Below, piece by piece: positions 25,077-36,635 of a stretch of 64,000 bases of DNA. The first letter of the stretch is position 1; each line of letters starts with the position of its first letter. Source of the stretch: Psammoneis japonica. Lineage: Eukaryota. The position numbers and the translations under genes are program-made. Below the pieces are notes generated by a model. It had not been told where the DNA came from, ran no database searches, and worked only from the letters and a program-made list of their open reading frames with translations. The stretch is from NCBI GenBank assembly GCA_008632985.1, contig QPGO01000044.1:248001-312000 (forward strand). Reading direction: 5' to 3'.

Positions 25077-27203
25077 ATGGTACTCGTTTCCAAAAAGACA
25101 AAGTCAAAGCTTCATATCTTTTCCACGATGCTCTTCTTTTTCTTGGCACTTCAGGGGTGGGCTTGGTTCAAAATGTCTCGCAAGCTCGACTCCGGTGTCT
25201 ACGTGGATCAAGTGGTAGCGGCAGAAGAGAAGCAGCGGACGACAACAAAGATAGAAGGCCACGATCAAAGCCACAAGCCATCTCTTCATGTTGTTGTTCC
25301 GGGATTGGGAGCATCCTCTAGAATGAAAGGCTTGAAGAAATCCATAACCAATCTCGCGTTGTCTACGAAGCGTGGTGGCTACGGATTTTCTTGTGCGGTT
25401 TATGTTTGGAACGATAAGTTGATGCACGAAGCAATTGAGTCTCTCAAGCCATGCCAAGTGCTTTACAACGAAGGCTTGTGGACGAATCACATGCTTCAAG
25501 TTGATGAGGAAGCTCTTGGAGATACTACTCATGTAGCAGTGCTCATCGACGATGTAGATGTATCAAACATTGACGGGGCATCGTTTCTCCAAAACATGGC
25601 TCTTGCCAAGTACGATGCAGCGTCCGCAGCTGTTCCAGGATGGCATTATGACGTACTTCATCCCAGACCACAATGCAAGTTCCATCGAACAGATTTTGCT
25701 GATGTGCTCTTTAAAGTTTTCACTATGCAGGCATGGAAGTGTTGGAAGGAGCAAATCAACGTGGAGTTGAATGATAACGGTTGGGGTTACGATGCTCTGT
25801 TCTCTGAAAAGTGTGGTACTAACATTGGAGTCATCGACAATGCAATTGCCAGGCACGAGGGCGCCTGCGACAATGGTGGAGATTGCACGAGATCGTATGA
25901 TTCGTCAACTGCTATGCGTCAGCTGTGGGATTGGATAGTTCATGAAACTGGCGCTCGCGATCAGGATGAGGCAAAGGCATACCTCAAGCACGTTACGAGG
26001 GAACGACCGGAGCGATTTCCAACTTGTGATGATCCTGTATTAAGCATAGATTTGCAGAAATCCACCAAGTTTCTGCTCGCCGACGGTCGATATTTCAGCA
26101 CTGCTGAGCATCGAGGTGGTTGGAAATCCGTCATCCAATACCTCATGGAAGAAACAAAGACTGTAGAAATTCTACCTGGACTAGCTGATATAGCTGACGA
26201 CCACAAGAGACTTAAACTGCAACGAAGTGGAGCTTGGAACACTCTTACCAAGTCGAATAGGGGGGTTTCTGAAAAGCAGGAAAAGCTCTTGCTCCTTGAT
26301 ATAACGGAGAATTGGTTTTTGTCCAAAGGCGGCGCAGTGGATGTTCCGTGGATTGGCATTACACACTTGGCTTCAAAACCTCCTCGCTTTGCTTCTCTAG
26401 GAATTGAAAAGATTCTCAAGGATCCAGATTTCATTCAGAGCTTGCCGAACTGCCGTGGTATTGTAGTTTTGGCAAGTCACATGAAGGACGAAGTGAGAAA
26501 AGTATTGTCAAAGAAAATCGGTGACAACGTAAAGGATATGAATATATGTTCTGCTTACCATCCCATTGCTGTCGGTAAAGATGCAGTACAGTATAATCCC
26601 AAGATAGATCTCAATGCAACCTTCGAAGAAGGACACGGAGTTGTTCTCTTGGGACAGCAATATCGGCGATATGCTAACTTCCACAGACTCAAAATCAATG
26701 GTCGCCCGAAATTTTGGCTACCTGGCTCGGAACGCGGTGGTGAGCGTGCCGGGGCTAAACACAGAGCTGAGAAGGAGCTAACAGCTGAAGGTGTGGAAGA
26801 GGATAAATCAATTGAAATGATATACACAAAGACCTTCCAAGAATACGATCAGATGGTGAAGCAGAACATTGTCATTATTGACTTGCATTCTGCCACTGCT
26901 AACAATGCTGTCTTGGAAGCTATGGCATTGAATGCGCCATTTTTAGTACGATCTCTCCCTGGAACACGAGAATATCTCGGTGAAGACTACCCTTTGTTCT
27001 TTGATGGATTTGATAGCTTGCAAGCTATGTTGAAAGACGAGATAAAGCTGAAAAAGCTGTTACTGAAAGCGCACCTGTATTTGAAAGAAATGGACAAGAG
27101 CCGCTTTTCACTTGAGAACTTCTCGAAGACTCTGGATGAGTGTGTCAGCCGCCATCAGTCAACTTATCGCATCAACCCAAGCAGTGTTCTCAAATTGAAA
27201 TAA
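25077..27203 (+). CDS. Type II membrane two-domain glycosyltransferase-like protein (GT-A/DUF707-like N domain plus GT-B-like C domain)
   Basis: Single ORF 24924-27203. Probable start at 25077, before the TM segment LHIFSTMLFFFLALQGWAWF. Motifs LIDDVD, GWGYDALF, HRGGW, PWIGITH, SATANNAVLEAMALNAPFLV...EYLGEDYPLFF. Confidence 0.75.
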   Translation: MVLVSKKTKSKLHIFSTMLFFFLALQGWAWFKMSRKLDSGVYVDQVVAAEEKQRTTTKIEGHDQSHKPSLHVVVPGLGASSRMKGLKKSITNLALSTKRGGYGFSCAVYVWNDKLMHEAIESLKPCQVLYNEGLWTNHMLQVDEEALGDTTHVAVLIDDVDVSNIDGASFLQNMALAKYDAASAAVPGWHYDVLHPRPQCKFHRTDFADVLFKVFTMQAWKCWKEQINVELNDNGWGYDALFSEKCGTNIGVIDNAIARHEGACDNGGDCTRSYDSSTAMRQLWDWIVHETGARDQDEAKAYLKHVTRERPERFPTCDDPVLSIDLQKSTKFLLADGRYFSTAEHRGGWKSVIQYLMEETKTVEILPGLADIADDHKRLKLQRSGAWNTLTKSNRGVSEKQEKLLLLDITENWFLSKGGAVDVPWIGITHLASKPPRFASLGIEKILKDPDFIQSLPNCRGIVVLASHMKDEVRKVLSKKIGDNVKDMNICSAYHPIAVGKDAVQYNPKIDLNATFEEGHGVVLLGQQYRRYANFHRLKINGRPKFWLPGSERGGERAGAKHRAEKELTAEGVEEDKSIEMIYTKTFQEYDQMVKQNIVIIDLHSATANNAVLEAMALNAPFLVRSLPGTREYLGEDYPLFFDGFDSLQAMLKDEIKLKKLLLKAHLYLKEMDKSRFSLENFSKTLDECVSRHQSTYRINPSSVLKLK

Positions 27204-27420
27204 ATGTACTCGTAATTAGAGACCAATAGTTCTTGAGAGTAGTCCAGCGTCCACAATACTATGTAGATCCTACGCTTCCTTAAAAAAAGCTATGCAATCG
27301 TCTACACGACTTCCATGATACTATTCAGAAGGAATGGCTTTTGCACTTGCTATGATGAGAAATCACGCATCTTGATCAACCATGTTCGGTATCGAGAAAG
27401 TAAGGCGAAAATTTGCTTTC

Positions 27421-28487
27421 CAAGATAGATGGATGCCAGACCAATCGTCATGGCAATCACTCCAAATAAGACAAAACCGATTGCAACGAGAAAGTCGTGA
27501 GGTTTGGTTGCGAATCTTGCGGGTCGTCCTCCACCGACTCGTTGTCCTCTGCGTGCGCGTGATTCTTCATCAAGGTGTCCTTGACAGCAGTTTTCGAGAC
27601 CGATCCATACTCAACGACTTCTTCCACATGTAGTGCAGTCCTCGTCGGCGACTTTAGGGTCGCTCTTTATGCTGTTCAGACTAAGAGTAGTCGCCTCCTG
27701 TCGATCTCACTGTGGTGCTAGCACTTTCCTTGTCACCTTGGCTCGTGCCTTTGGAAGGTTGTGATGGACAATTCTTCCGAGACGACCGGGGTGTGGGCTC
27801 TTGAGGGCCTCCGTCTCAAAGTGTCTTCCCACACATGTCTGTGCATCAAGAATGCAAACCAAAACAACGTCCCGACGCAGTTTTTGAATGGATTACAAGT
27901 AGTTTCGGGTTGTGGCGATGGTTCGCTAGCCCTGGGATGAAGGATGAAGCACGGTTAATTCAACATCAGGAGTACTTCGAGAGTCAAGTCTTCTCCGTCA
28001 AGACGATTAACCCAAGTCCACCTTTTTGCTACAAAACCAAGAAACTCCTCGCCATGAATGGCCAGATAGGCGGTTCCGGGTCCGATATAACTGAGGAAGG
28101 ACCCTGCAATGGATCCGGTAATGGCCAACACAACGCCCAAGTCGCTCAGCAAGAGCGCCGGAATAAGTGTGATCAAAATCATGGCCACGATTAGTGCAAT
28201 GCGCCGGTCTCGTAGCACCGCGTGGTCGTCACCCTCGTGAGCACGCCGTCCTTGAAATAGCAACACGACACAAACGCGCCGCGACACAAAGGCGTCCATG
28301 GGGTAGACGAAAAACATGCAACAGCAAAGCATGACGCGAGACACATTATAGAGCTTCATGAGCAACGGGTCGTCACCAATGGTCTGGAAATTGTTCAAAA
28401 CGCTGCCTTCCGTCTCGCCAAGGAAACCCAGATATCCAAATACTCCACAGATCGTCGCAAGCGTACCAGAGAACAAGAGTGCCGTGA
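27421..28487 (-). pseudogene. Partial tandem duplicate of the 3' half of the neighbouring amino acid transporter
   Basis: TALLFSGTLATICGVFGYLGFLGETEG...AYLAIHGEEFL is near-identical to the 28939-30957 gene. It lacks the N-terminal half, has a 6-bp deletion (AVL-RDRR), and the frame breaks near 27955. Confidence 0.85.
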
Positions 28488-28938
28488 ATGCGAATACGAC
28501 CAACAAGGAAGTTGACATGCTGTCTCTCAAAGCGGAAGAACTGGTGCAGCAGTTCACAAGGTTTGACAGTCAATTGTACGAAGCAACCGTTGAAATCTGG
28601 GGCGTTCCCAAAACGACTTTTTCTGACTAGAAGCACTTTGCTGAAGGATCAGGCTTGAGGTGTTGGAACATCAAAGACAAGGAGTGAGTGGATGAACACA
28701 AAACTGATTTTCAAATCGCGCAAAATGTACAAGAAGCGTCCTTACATTGAAATATGGTAGTTTTTGATCACAATACCCGCCTTGTGCAAAGCTCGTATTA
28801 TTACAAACATTCTAGCTTCTCTGATGATTCTAACAAATGGTGCATTCAGAAACAACTCACACTTGTCATCATCCTACAAGCTACCATTGTGAAGGGATCG
28901 GTAGCATTCACGGCTTTCTTATTTCATACAGCTAACAC

Positions 28939-30957
28939 TTACTGTCCAAGATAAATGGATGCCAGACCGACCGTCATGGCAATCACACCAAACAAAATAA
29001 AACCGATTGCAACAAGAAAGTCATATAGCTTCGGTTGCGAATCTTGGGGGTCATCCTCCACCGATTCGTCGTCTTCCACTTCCGTGTGATGCTTTGTCAA
29101 GGCGTCCTTCACTGCCGATTTCTTCTGGTTTCCGGCTGAAGAGACCGATCCATACCCAGAGACCTTGTCCGCATGCAGCACGGTCCCACTGCTGACGGCC
29201 AAGTCATCGGATACCCTTTGAGCACCCTTCATTCCGTGCAAGCTACTGCTAGTCGCCTGCTGCCGATCTCGTTGCGGCGCCAACACTTTTCTAGTCACCT
29301 TGACACGTGCTTTTGGAAGATTGTGATGCACAATTTTCCCTAGACGGCCGGGGTGAGGGCTCTTGAGTGCTTCTGTTTCAAAGTGCTTTTCCAAACAAGC
29401 TTGTCCGATTTGTGCAATACGTACCCATAGGGGCATTAGGAGAGCATACCAAACCGCAGTTCCAACGCAGGTTTTGAGTGGATTCTTCCCACTCCTAGAA
29501 GGTTCCTGTTGTAGTGATGAAGGTTCACTGCTAGAAATGGGATGAAGCACGGTTGCTTCAACATCAGGAGCATCATCTCTAGTCAACTCATCCTCCTCGA
29601 GACGATTTCCCCATGTCCACCCTTGTACCACAAGATGAAGAAATTCCTCTCCGTGAATCGCCAGATAGGCGGTTCCAGGTCCGATATAGCTGAGAAAGGA
29701 CCCCGCAATGGATCCGGTAATGGCCAACACAACGCCCAAATCCCTCAACAAGAGCGCCGGTATCAGCGTGATTAAGATCATTCCCACTGTGAGTGCAATA
29801 CGCCGGTCTCGTCGTGCCAGCACCGCGTGGTCGTCACCCTCGTGAGCACGCCGTCCTTGAAATAGCAACACGACACAAACGTGCCGCGACACAAAGGCGT
29901 CCATGGGGTAGACAAAAAACATGCAACAGCAAAGCATGACGCGAGATGCATTACAGAGCTTCATGAGCAACGGATCGTCGCCAATGGTCTGGAAATTGTT
30001 CAAAACGTTGCCTTCCGTCTCGCCAAGGAAACCCAGATATCCAAATACTCCACAAATCGTCGCAAGCGTACCAGAGAACAAGAGTGCCGTGCGAGTCACT
30101 TGAGACCACCGTTGCTTGGTGGGGTGCTTTAATGAGCCTGCAATAATGAAAGCCGAGTGCTGACAAACATAGGCAAAGCTCAATACCCCAAGTCCGGTAA
30201 AAAAGGTTTCGGGTCGAATTATGTCTTCGGAGACTGTCTCTTTCCAACCTCCATTGGCTTGCACCGTCTGGGGGATTGGACTATTGAAAACCACAAACAC
30301 GACAATGAGCAAGTAAAACGCGACTGAAACCTTGGATGTTTTCGCCAAGTCGGCCATGTCGCGTTGGGCACTGAGTGGAAACAAAATAATTATCGTGGTG
30401 GCCACCAGCACGGCACGACGAGTGTAGTAATCGTCCTCATCAATCAACAAAAGATTGCTTATCGTGTCCTTCATAATCATCATGTACGACACCATGGCAC
30501 CATAACTCATGGACCACATGAAGAGACTCATGGCAACAAAGCCACCACGGCCAAAGGATGCTTCGTATAAAACCTCATAGGACGGAACATCAATGTGTTT
30601 GGCCGTTTCAATCAAGAGCCGGAGCGATTTTTCTGTAATGAGCGCACAAAACACAACCATGACAATGCCGGCTATGAGTCCTGACTCTTTAATCGCAAAG
30701 GGAATTCCAACAATTCCCGCGCCGACAATGGATACTATAAGATTGGCGCTCGCACCCAAGATTGTAGATTTGTGCTCAGCCTCATCCTCGACTTTTCGCA
30801 TGTGCACCGTCCCACCCGGTGTCGACATGCGTTTTAACGCCCGCGGATCGGAGGGTCGAAAAAAGGGACTTTTGGCGACCTTCACGCTTCTCTTGCGGCC
30901 GTCCTCCGTCGTGGCGACGGCCGTGTAAGAGCCACGCTGAGCTCCTCCAAGAACCAT
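28939..30957 (-). CDS. Amino acid transporter, Aa_trans/SLC38A11-like
   Basis: NLIVSIVGAGIVGIPFAIKESG, LSFAYVCQHSAF, FFVYPMDAFVSR; many TM segments; ATG at 30957. Confidence 0.92.
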   Translation of the reverse strand: MVLGGAQRGSYTAVATTEDGRKRSVKVAKSPFFRPSDPRALKRMSTPGGTVHMRKVEDEAEHKSTILGASANLIVSIVGAGIVGIPFAIKESGLIAGIVMVVFCALITEKSLRLLIETAKHIDVPSYEVLYEASFGRGGFVAMSLFMWSMSYGAMVSYMMIMKDTISNLLLIDEDDYYTRRAVLVATTIIILFPLSAQRDMADLAKTSKVSVAFYLLIVVFVVFNSPIPQTVQANGGWKETVSEDIIRPETFFTGLGVLSFAYVCQHSAFIIAGSLKHPTKQRWSQVTRTALLFSGTLATICGVFGYLGFLGETEGNVLNNFQTIGDDPLLMKLCNASRVMLCCCMFFVYPMDAFVSRHVCVVLLFQGRRAHEGDDHAVLARRDRRIALTVGMILITLIPALLLRDLGVVLAITGSIAGSFLSYIGPGTAYLAIHGEEFLHLVVQGWTWGNRLEEDELTRDDAPDVEATVLHPISSSEPSSLQQEPSRSGKNPLKTCVGTAVWYALLMPLWVRIAQIGQACLEKHFETEALKSPHPGRLGKIVHHNLPKARVKVTRKVLAPQRDRQQATSSSLHGMKGAQRVSDDLAVSSGTVLHADKVSGYGSVSSAGNQKKSAVKDALTKHHTEVEDDESVEDDPQDSQPKLYDFLVAIGFILFGVIAMTVGLASIYLGQ

Positions 30958-31334
30958 GATTTCAGGAATCAACAATATAGTGGAAATCAACAAGCGGCGA
31001 TACTGTTAGCTTCTTCCTTCCACTGTATTTGATACGTTTTAAAAAGGAGAGGAAGAGATGAGTGATTATAGAAAGGCGAGTTGCGTCTCGAACGTCAATG
31101 TGTGGTGTCAACAGCAACAGAGCAAATCAAAAAAATGAAAATGAGAAACGAGAATAATGAGAATGCACCATGATGCGATGCGATGGAGCGATGGATGATG
31201 GATGATGCGATGTTGCGTGATAGATGCGCGTTACCGGTATGAGACCCGACCCGTGCTTCGCTTCCACGTGTAATTAAATCGTCTGTCAATCGGGCGTCTA
31301 CTCTAGCTAGAGGTAGAGTAGTAGACGGGAGATT

Positions 31335-31336
<2 letters not shown>

Positions 31337-31367
<31 letters not shown>
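31337..31367. repeat. (TC)n microsatellite flanked by ctactctagcta motifs
   Basis: Directly visible. Confidence 0.95.
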
Positions 31368-31368
<1 letters not shown>

Positions 31369-31908
31369 GGCCCTACTCTACTCTAGCTAAGTTAGGTAGC
31401 TAGTAGCGCTTGCACGGATTTGCATTGTGCTCCACCTCATCTTGCGTGGTTTGACAGGTTCTCTCTGCCACCCAGGATTTGACTGGACTTTTTTTCACTT
31501 CAAGACGCATGTCATGCTTCGTGTTGAATGGACATCACTGGGGATGAAGCTTTGAGCGTTTCTCAAAGTGGTGGCATGATGAAACTCAAAAATCGGCTTT
31601 TGTCACGCCACACTTGCGCTCGACACTTTGACTATAAAGAACAAAGAGCCTGGTAAGAAAGCGTTATGAGAATCATCGGATTGAACGTGTTGGTTTCCTT
31701 ATGATTGCGGATGGTGTAACGATCTGTCGGAAGAATAGTGTTAGTGGACGTGACATGCAGTGGAAATTATCACTGGTTTTGCTACGTTACTAGCTAGAAG
31801 ACCAAAAAATATCCAGACTGGCTATAACTAGCTTTGCTAGGTTGCTGGTTACAAGACAAAAATCCAGACTGGCTTACAAGTACGAGGAGCAGATCCAACA
31901 CATGTGGT

Positions 31909-34696
31909 TTACATGTAAACTATACCCGCGTACTCATCATCAAAGGAGCGACCATCCGTTCGCCACACCTGGTAAAGTATCCCTGGGCTTTGTACGGCAA
32001 ATAACATAAACTTTTTGTCGGGACTGAATGCGATTCCAGAGGTTTCGCCACCACCGGAAGACTGTTCTACAACTGTAAACCACCGTCCCTCAATGGTGCG
32101 ACCGTGAATGCCGTTGCGACTCGCTTCTTCGGTGAAATATAGAATCGGGTATATCGGGTTGCCAAATGAATCGTATTGAAAACGTAGCTGGTCTGGCGTT
32201 CCCTGAAAGTTCCCACGTCGTGTGGTAGTCTTTGTCCATCGTTCTCGATCAAGATCAAGAATAAACAACTCTTTTTGCCTCTTGCTGACGAAATAAAGTT
32301 TGCCATCATGGTGCTCAATACCTTCCACAAACTTGAATCTACTTCGAGCGGACGACTCGCCGTCTCTCTTTCTACTAGACCACCGGAATGAGCCATCACC
32401 GTTGAGTACTAGCCATCGTCGTTCACCATTTCGATCATTTAACATATCCCACTGCTCACTAGGTTCAGTGGTGATTGTAGATGCTGTCGGAATAAATCTT
32501 CCAAGCGGCCCATTTTCTCTATCGTTAGTGAAGAAAAACTTTGGTCTCGAGGGATCTCGCACGTCATAAGCAAAACTTTCATACGCATCTGGACCATCGC
32601 CAACAGATGTCAACTCAGCAGTGCGATCCTCCCAAGGATCAACCTGCCAGATTCCTCGGCCTCTCCCTGATTCTTCCATACTCATGAAAGAACCCCATGG
32701 AGTACCGGCAGCACCTGTTTTCGATTTCGAGACAAATCAACGAACTTGTGACCTAAAGCGATAAAAGGTATGAAGGAAGTCAAAAGTATCTGGGCAATCC
32801 TTACCACAGTTCCTTCTTGTACCAGAAAGGAGCTGCTTGTGCCCAATTATTTTCGCATCGCTGTCAAAGTAGATGCCTTGAACACCACCGTTTCCATCGT
32901 TCTCAGAATTGGTCAGATATGCAAAGCGGTTAGATCCGTCCGGATGACGAAAACATTCTCCACCGTCTGGCAGCGAGTGGAAGTTCCGGCTCGACAAACT
33001 CCCATCTCCGAATCTTATTCTATTTCCTGTTCGTGCAATCATCCGAATTTCTAGTCCTCGAGAAAGTCGAAACCCCAGAGCCTGTTTTGACAAGTCCCCA
33101 GGTCTGTACGTAATTGGCAATGTATTCGGGCACATTGTGTCTTCACACTTCGTACTAAAGCCCTGAAAAACGCCATCGAGTTTGTTTCTGCACTGAAAGC
33201 TCTTGGTAGTGACGCAGCTTCCCGACTTCAGACAACAAGCTCCTTCGACACCACAGCGATTGGCATGACAAACCTTTTTAGCAAGATTCGTAAAATTTTT
33301 GTTGTTAGATTCCAAACCTTATCAGCAAACGAAAAAAAAAACAATTTGCTGACTCATACCGTGTCATCACCCTGGTAAACGCCATCTACGAGTTTGCAAG
33401 AAGCCTTAGAAATCTTGTTGCAAATTCTTTCAGTCTTTGAGCAGCATGCCCCCTTCCTTTGTGGAGTGACAAGACACGAGGCATCCTCACAGGTTGTGCC
33501 GAAACCCTGGAATATTCCACTCAGCTTGTTTTGGCATTGGTAGGTCTTGCTGTTTGGGATGCAACTTCCCGACTCCAAGCAGCACGCGCCTTCTACTTTG
33601 CACTGGTTATCGTGGCAAAACTAAAATAAGAAGCGAAGAAAATTCTGTTAGATGCTACACCACCTCCTTTCTTGGAATACGGCTGCGACGGATTCTTACC
33701 GTGCCATCACCTTTGTAAACTCCATTGGAAATTTGACAAGTAGACTCAGAGATTCTGTTGCACTTCTTCTCCACCTTTGAACAACACGCTCCAATCGCAT
33801 TAGGGGTAACAGGACATGATCCGTTCTCACACGCAGTGCCGTAACCCTGGAATGTACCACCAAGATTGATCATGCAATCAAATAGCTTTGTTTCGGGGAT
33901 ACAACTGCCCGACTGCAAGCAGCAAGCCCCTCCCACAGGGCAGGTACCAGTATCACAGGCCTATACACAACCAGAAGATTAAAGGCTTTTAGTGTCTCAG
34001 GCACATTTTGTCCTCAGTAATAAGACAACAAATTGCACAAACCGTGTCATCGCCTTGGTAAACCCCGTCGGAACTGTCGCAAGAGTCCTCCGTAAGTATG
34101 TTGCATTGTTGTCTAAATTTTGAGCAACATGCTCCTCCTTTGGGACATGTTTCTTCTAAACATGTCGTGCTGTACCCTTGGAACGTACCACCAAGTTTGT
34201 TTTGGCATCGAAAAATCCGGCTGTCGTTGACGCATGTACCCGATGGCAAGCAGCAGGCTCCTTCGATGCTACAACGAGCAGAATGACATTTCTGAAAAAG
34301 AAGGTTTGTCGAAGAAGCGCAATTTTAGCCTCGCATTGTGCAATCAATTATTTGTCAACGAGTCGTCGTACTTACTGTGTCGTCACCCTGATACACACCA
34401 TCAGAGCTTTCGCACGCCGCCTCTGAGATCACGTTGCATTCTTTGACGAACTTTGAACAACACGCTCCTGTCTTTTCATCCATTAGACTGACATTAGGAA
34501 CTAATATCAAAGGATGCCCACCACTTGTCGTTAGATCACGCTCGAGTGGTCTGTCACTTTTCTTCAGGCCCATTGCATTTTGGTTACTGCTTGTTCGGAA
34601 CTGGCTAGCAATCGCCACCAGAAACGCGACAACCGAGGCAGTTCCAACAAGGGACGCTAGCCATGGTAAAGCCTTCATTGTTCCCGAATGCTTCAT
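31909..34696 (-). CDS. Membrane-anchored protein: GACC Cys-rich repeats plus PhoX/DUF839-type alkaline phosphatase domain, multi-exon (5' end uncertain)
   Basis: N-terminal TM (WLASLVGTASVVAFLVAIA). Repeat exons end in QGDDT|GT. Splicing out 32804-32715 gives RRNCGAAGTPWGSFMSMEE (cf. PhoX NCAGGxTPWGTxLxCEE). Also LPDGG, LTNSE, TPDQL, ETSGIAFSPD. Confidence 0.85.
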
Positions 34697-34799
34697 TTGT
34701 TCCAAATGAATGGCTTGAGCAGCGAGGCTTTATGATATGACCCGCAACAAAAAATCAGAAATGGACACTGAACCTGTGGGGGGGGGGACTCATCGCGGC

Positions 34800-36510
34800 A
34801 AAAATTTAAAAAAAAGAAACACGACTGAGGTGAGAGACACAACATACACATGACCGAACATCTTTATCTTTCTCGTGGATTTTGAAAAATCAGCTCGTCG
34901 ACCGTTGAAAGTTTGGTGCGTGCGTTGAGATGATTCACGGTTTTTGCTGGGGAAATGCGGATTGCGAGCAGCAGACTGCTGAGTGCACACTGCATGCCAG
35001 TGTGCGCCAGCAGGAGGTGGTTTTTGAAGCGTTGAGAAAGAAGACAAAATGGTTTGTTCGTGTCACATGGCTCACTGCACACCAGGGGCAGCTTCCAGGA
35101 AAGCACACGTGCTGCAGCGCAACATCACACAACTGTTTGTCTTTCATTCCACATGGTGTGTGTCATCACCAAAAAGGTTGCAAATGACAGAACATTGATT
35201 GTTCTTGAGCAGCGTGATGCTCTGCACAGCATTTGCTTCTCACCAGTCATCCTGAACAAATGCGGCGCACATCAAAACCTGACAACAACACAGTGGAGTT
35301 GTGAGGAGAGACTGGGGCAACAAGGTCACAGCCAGCAAAGCCCATTGCATCAGCTCTCCAACATCTAACACACTTCTTGATGCCACTGCTGTGCATTGAA
35401 AAAAGCAAGCATGAGATGCCTCGCTCTTCTTTTTTGCAGCATGAGAGGCAGAGCTTGTTTCACACTAGTGCTGCTGCACCCAATGTCATTTTTATTGTCA
35501 TGCAAAAGCAGATTCAAGCATGTTTAATTGTGAGTTTCCATTGTTGCACAGTGCATGTGCATGGTTGGCATGCATCTGGAATGTGGCCATTGCAGTGGCA
35601 AGTTTCAGTCCAGTCGCACACCTTTCAGCCCTGGGAATGGCCCAAAAAAAGTCTTGTCTGCATCTGAGAGGGTTTTGGAATGGAGAGCATTGGGTGTCCT
35701 CATGTCAAGGCTGTGTGCCAAAGCCCACCTGACAAAATGCCATTGTGTCAATCCCGCTGCCATTCAATCGGGTGTCATCTCAAGGCCCAGCAGCTGACAA
35801 TGCCATGTTGTGCCAGCCACCCCGCTGCCATGTAAACTGCACATTTGAGCACCTCACTTGCCTTGTGGGACAACACCTTTGCTTGCCTTCATTTGTGAAC
35901 ACACCAAATCATGGATGTGTGTTGACCCACGCGCGGCTCTTCCTCAAGACTTGGGCCAACAGAGCTCTGCACACAAGCTCGGCTCAGTTCACACATGCTC
36001 AGCAATGAAACACAACATTTGTCTTCAACATCCGAACAAATGACCAAGTTTGCAGCACAGTTTTGCACACCTCTTGGCTCTCAAGGTTTTTGAAAAATAA
36101 AAAAATGCTGCCAGCAACCAAAGCTTGTTGAGTGGACAGAGCCTGACAACAACTGCAGGCCACCACAAAACAGTGCAAAATGCCACCAAAGTCATGAAGA
36201 AATGCACATGCACAGCAAGTGGTGCACGACAAAAAAGTCAACATCACAGCCCAGCAGCATGAGAGGCCCCACCCGCACACAGAGCAGCAGCACATCAGAG
36301 CATGTGTTGTCAGCTGCCACCACCTTGGTTGACTGCACTCTTGCTTTGAGGCTTCAGATGTTGGATGCAAGCATGCACAATTGAGCTCACAATGATCGCT
36401 GCAAAAGAGACAAAAGTAAAAAAAATGGTGTCAACAGTTCTGTTGCAGCGCATCACATTTTGGACAAAGAGTGTGATTTGGGACGGACCACTCGAAAAGT
36501 TTTGAAAAAA
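34800..36510 (-). mobile_element. Degenerate repeat block, possibly a hAT transposase remnant
   Basis: TpA-depleted block. The minus strand near 35510-35550 reads ..NSQLNMLESAF, resembling the hAT TRWNSxxxML motif. No TIRs established. Confidence 0.35.
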
Positions 36511-36635
36511 TGAAAGCTACACAATGATGTATTTTGCACATCTTTACGGCAAGTGCTAAATAGGCTTCACTCCTCCCATGCAACCCTAGCACTAGGTAGA
36601 CAAGAACATTCCCCTATGCATTCCCTTTGTTTCGA

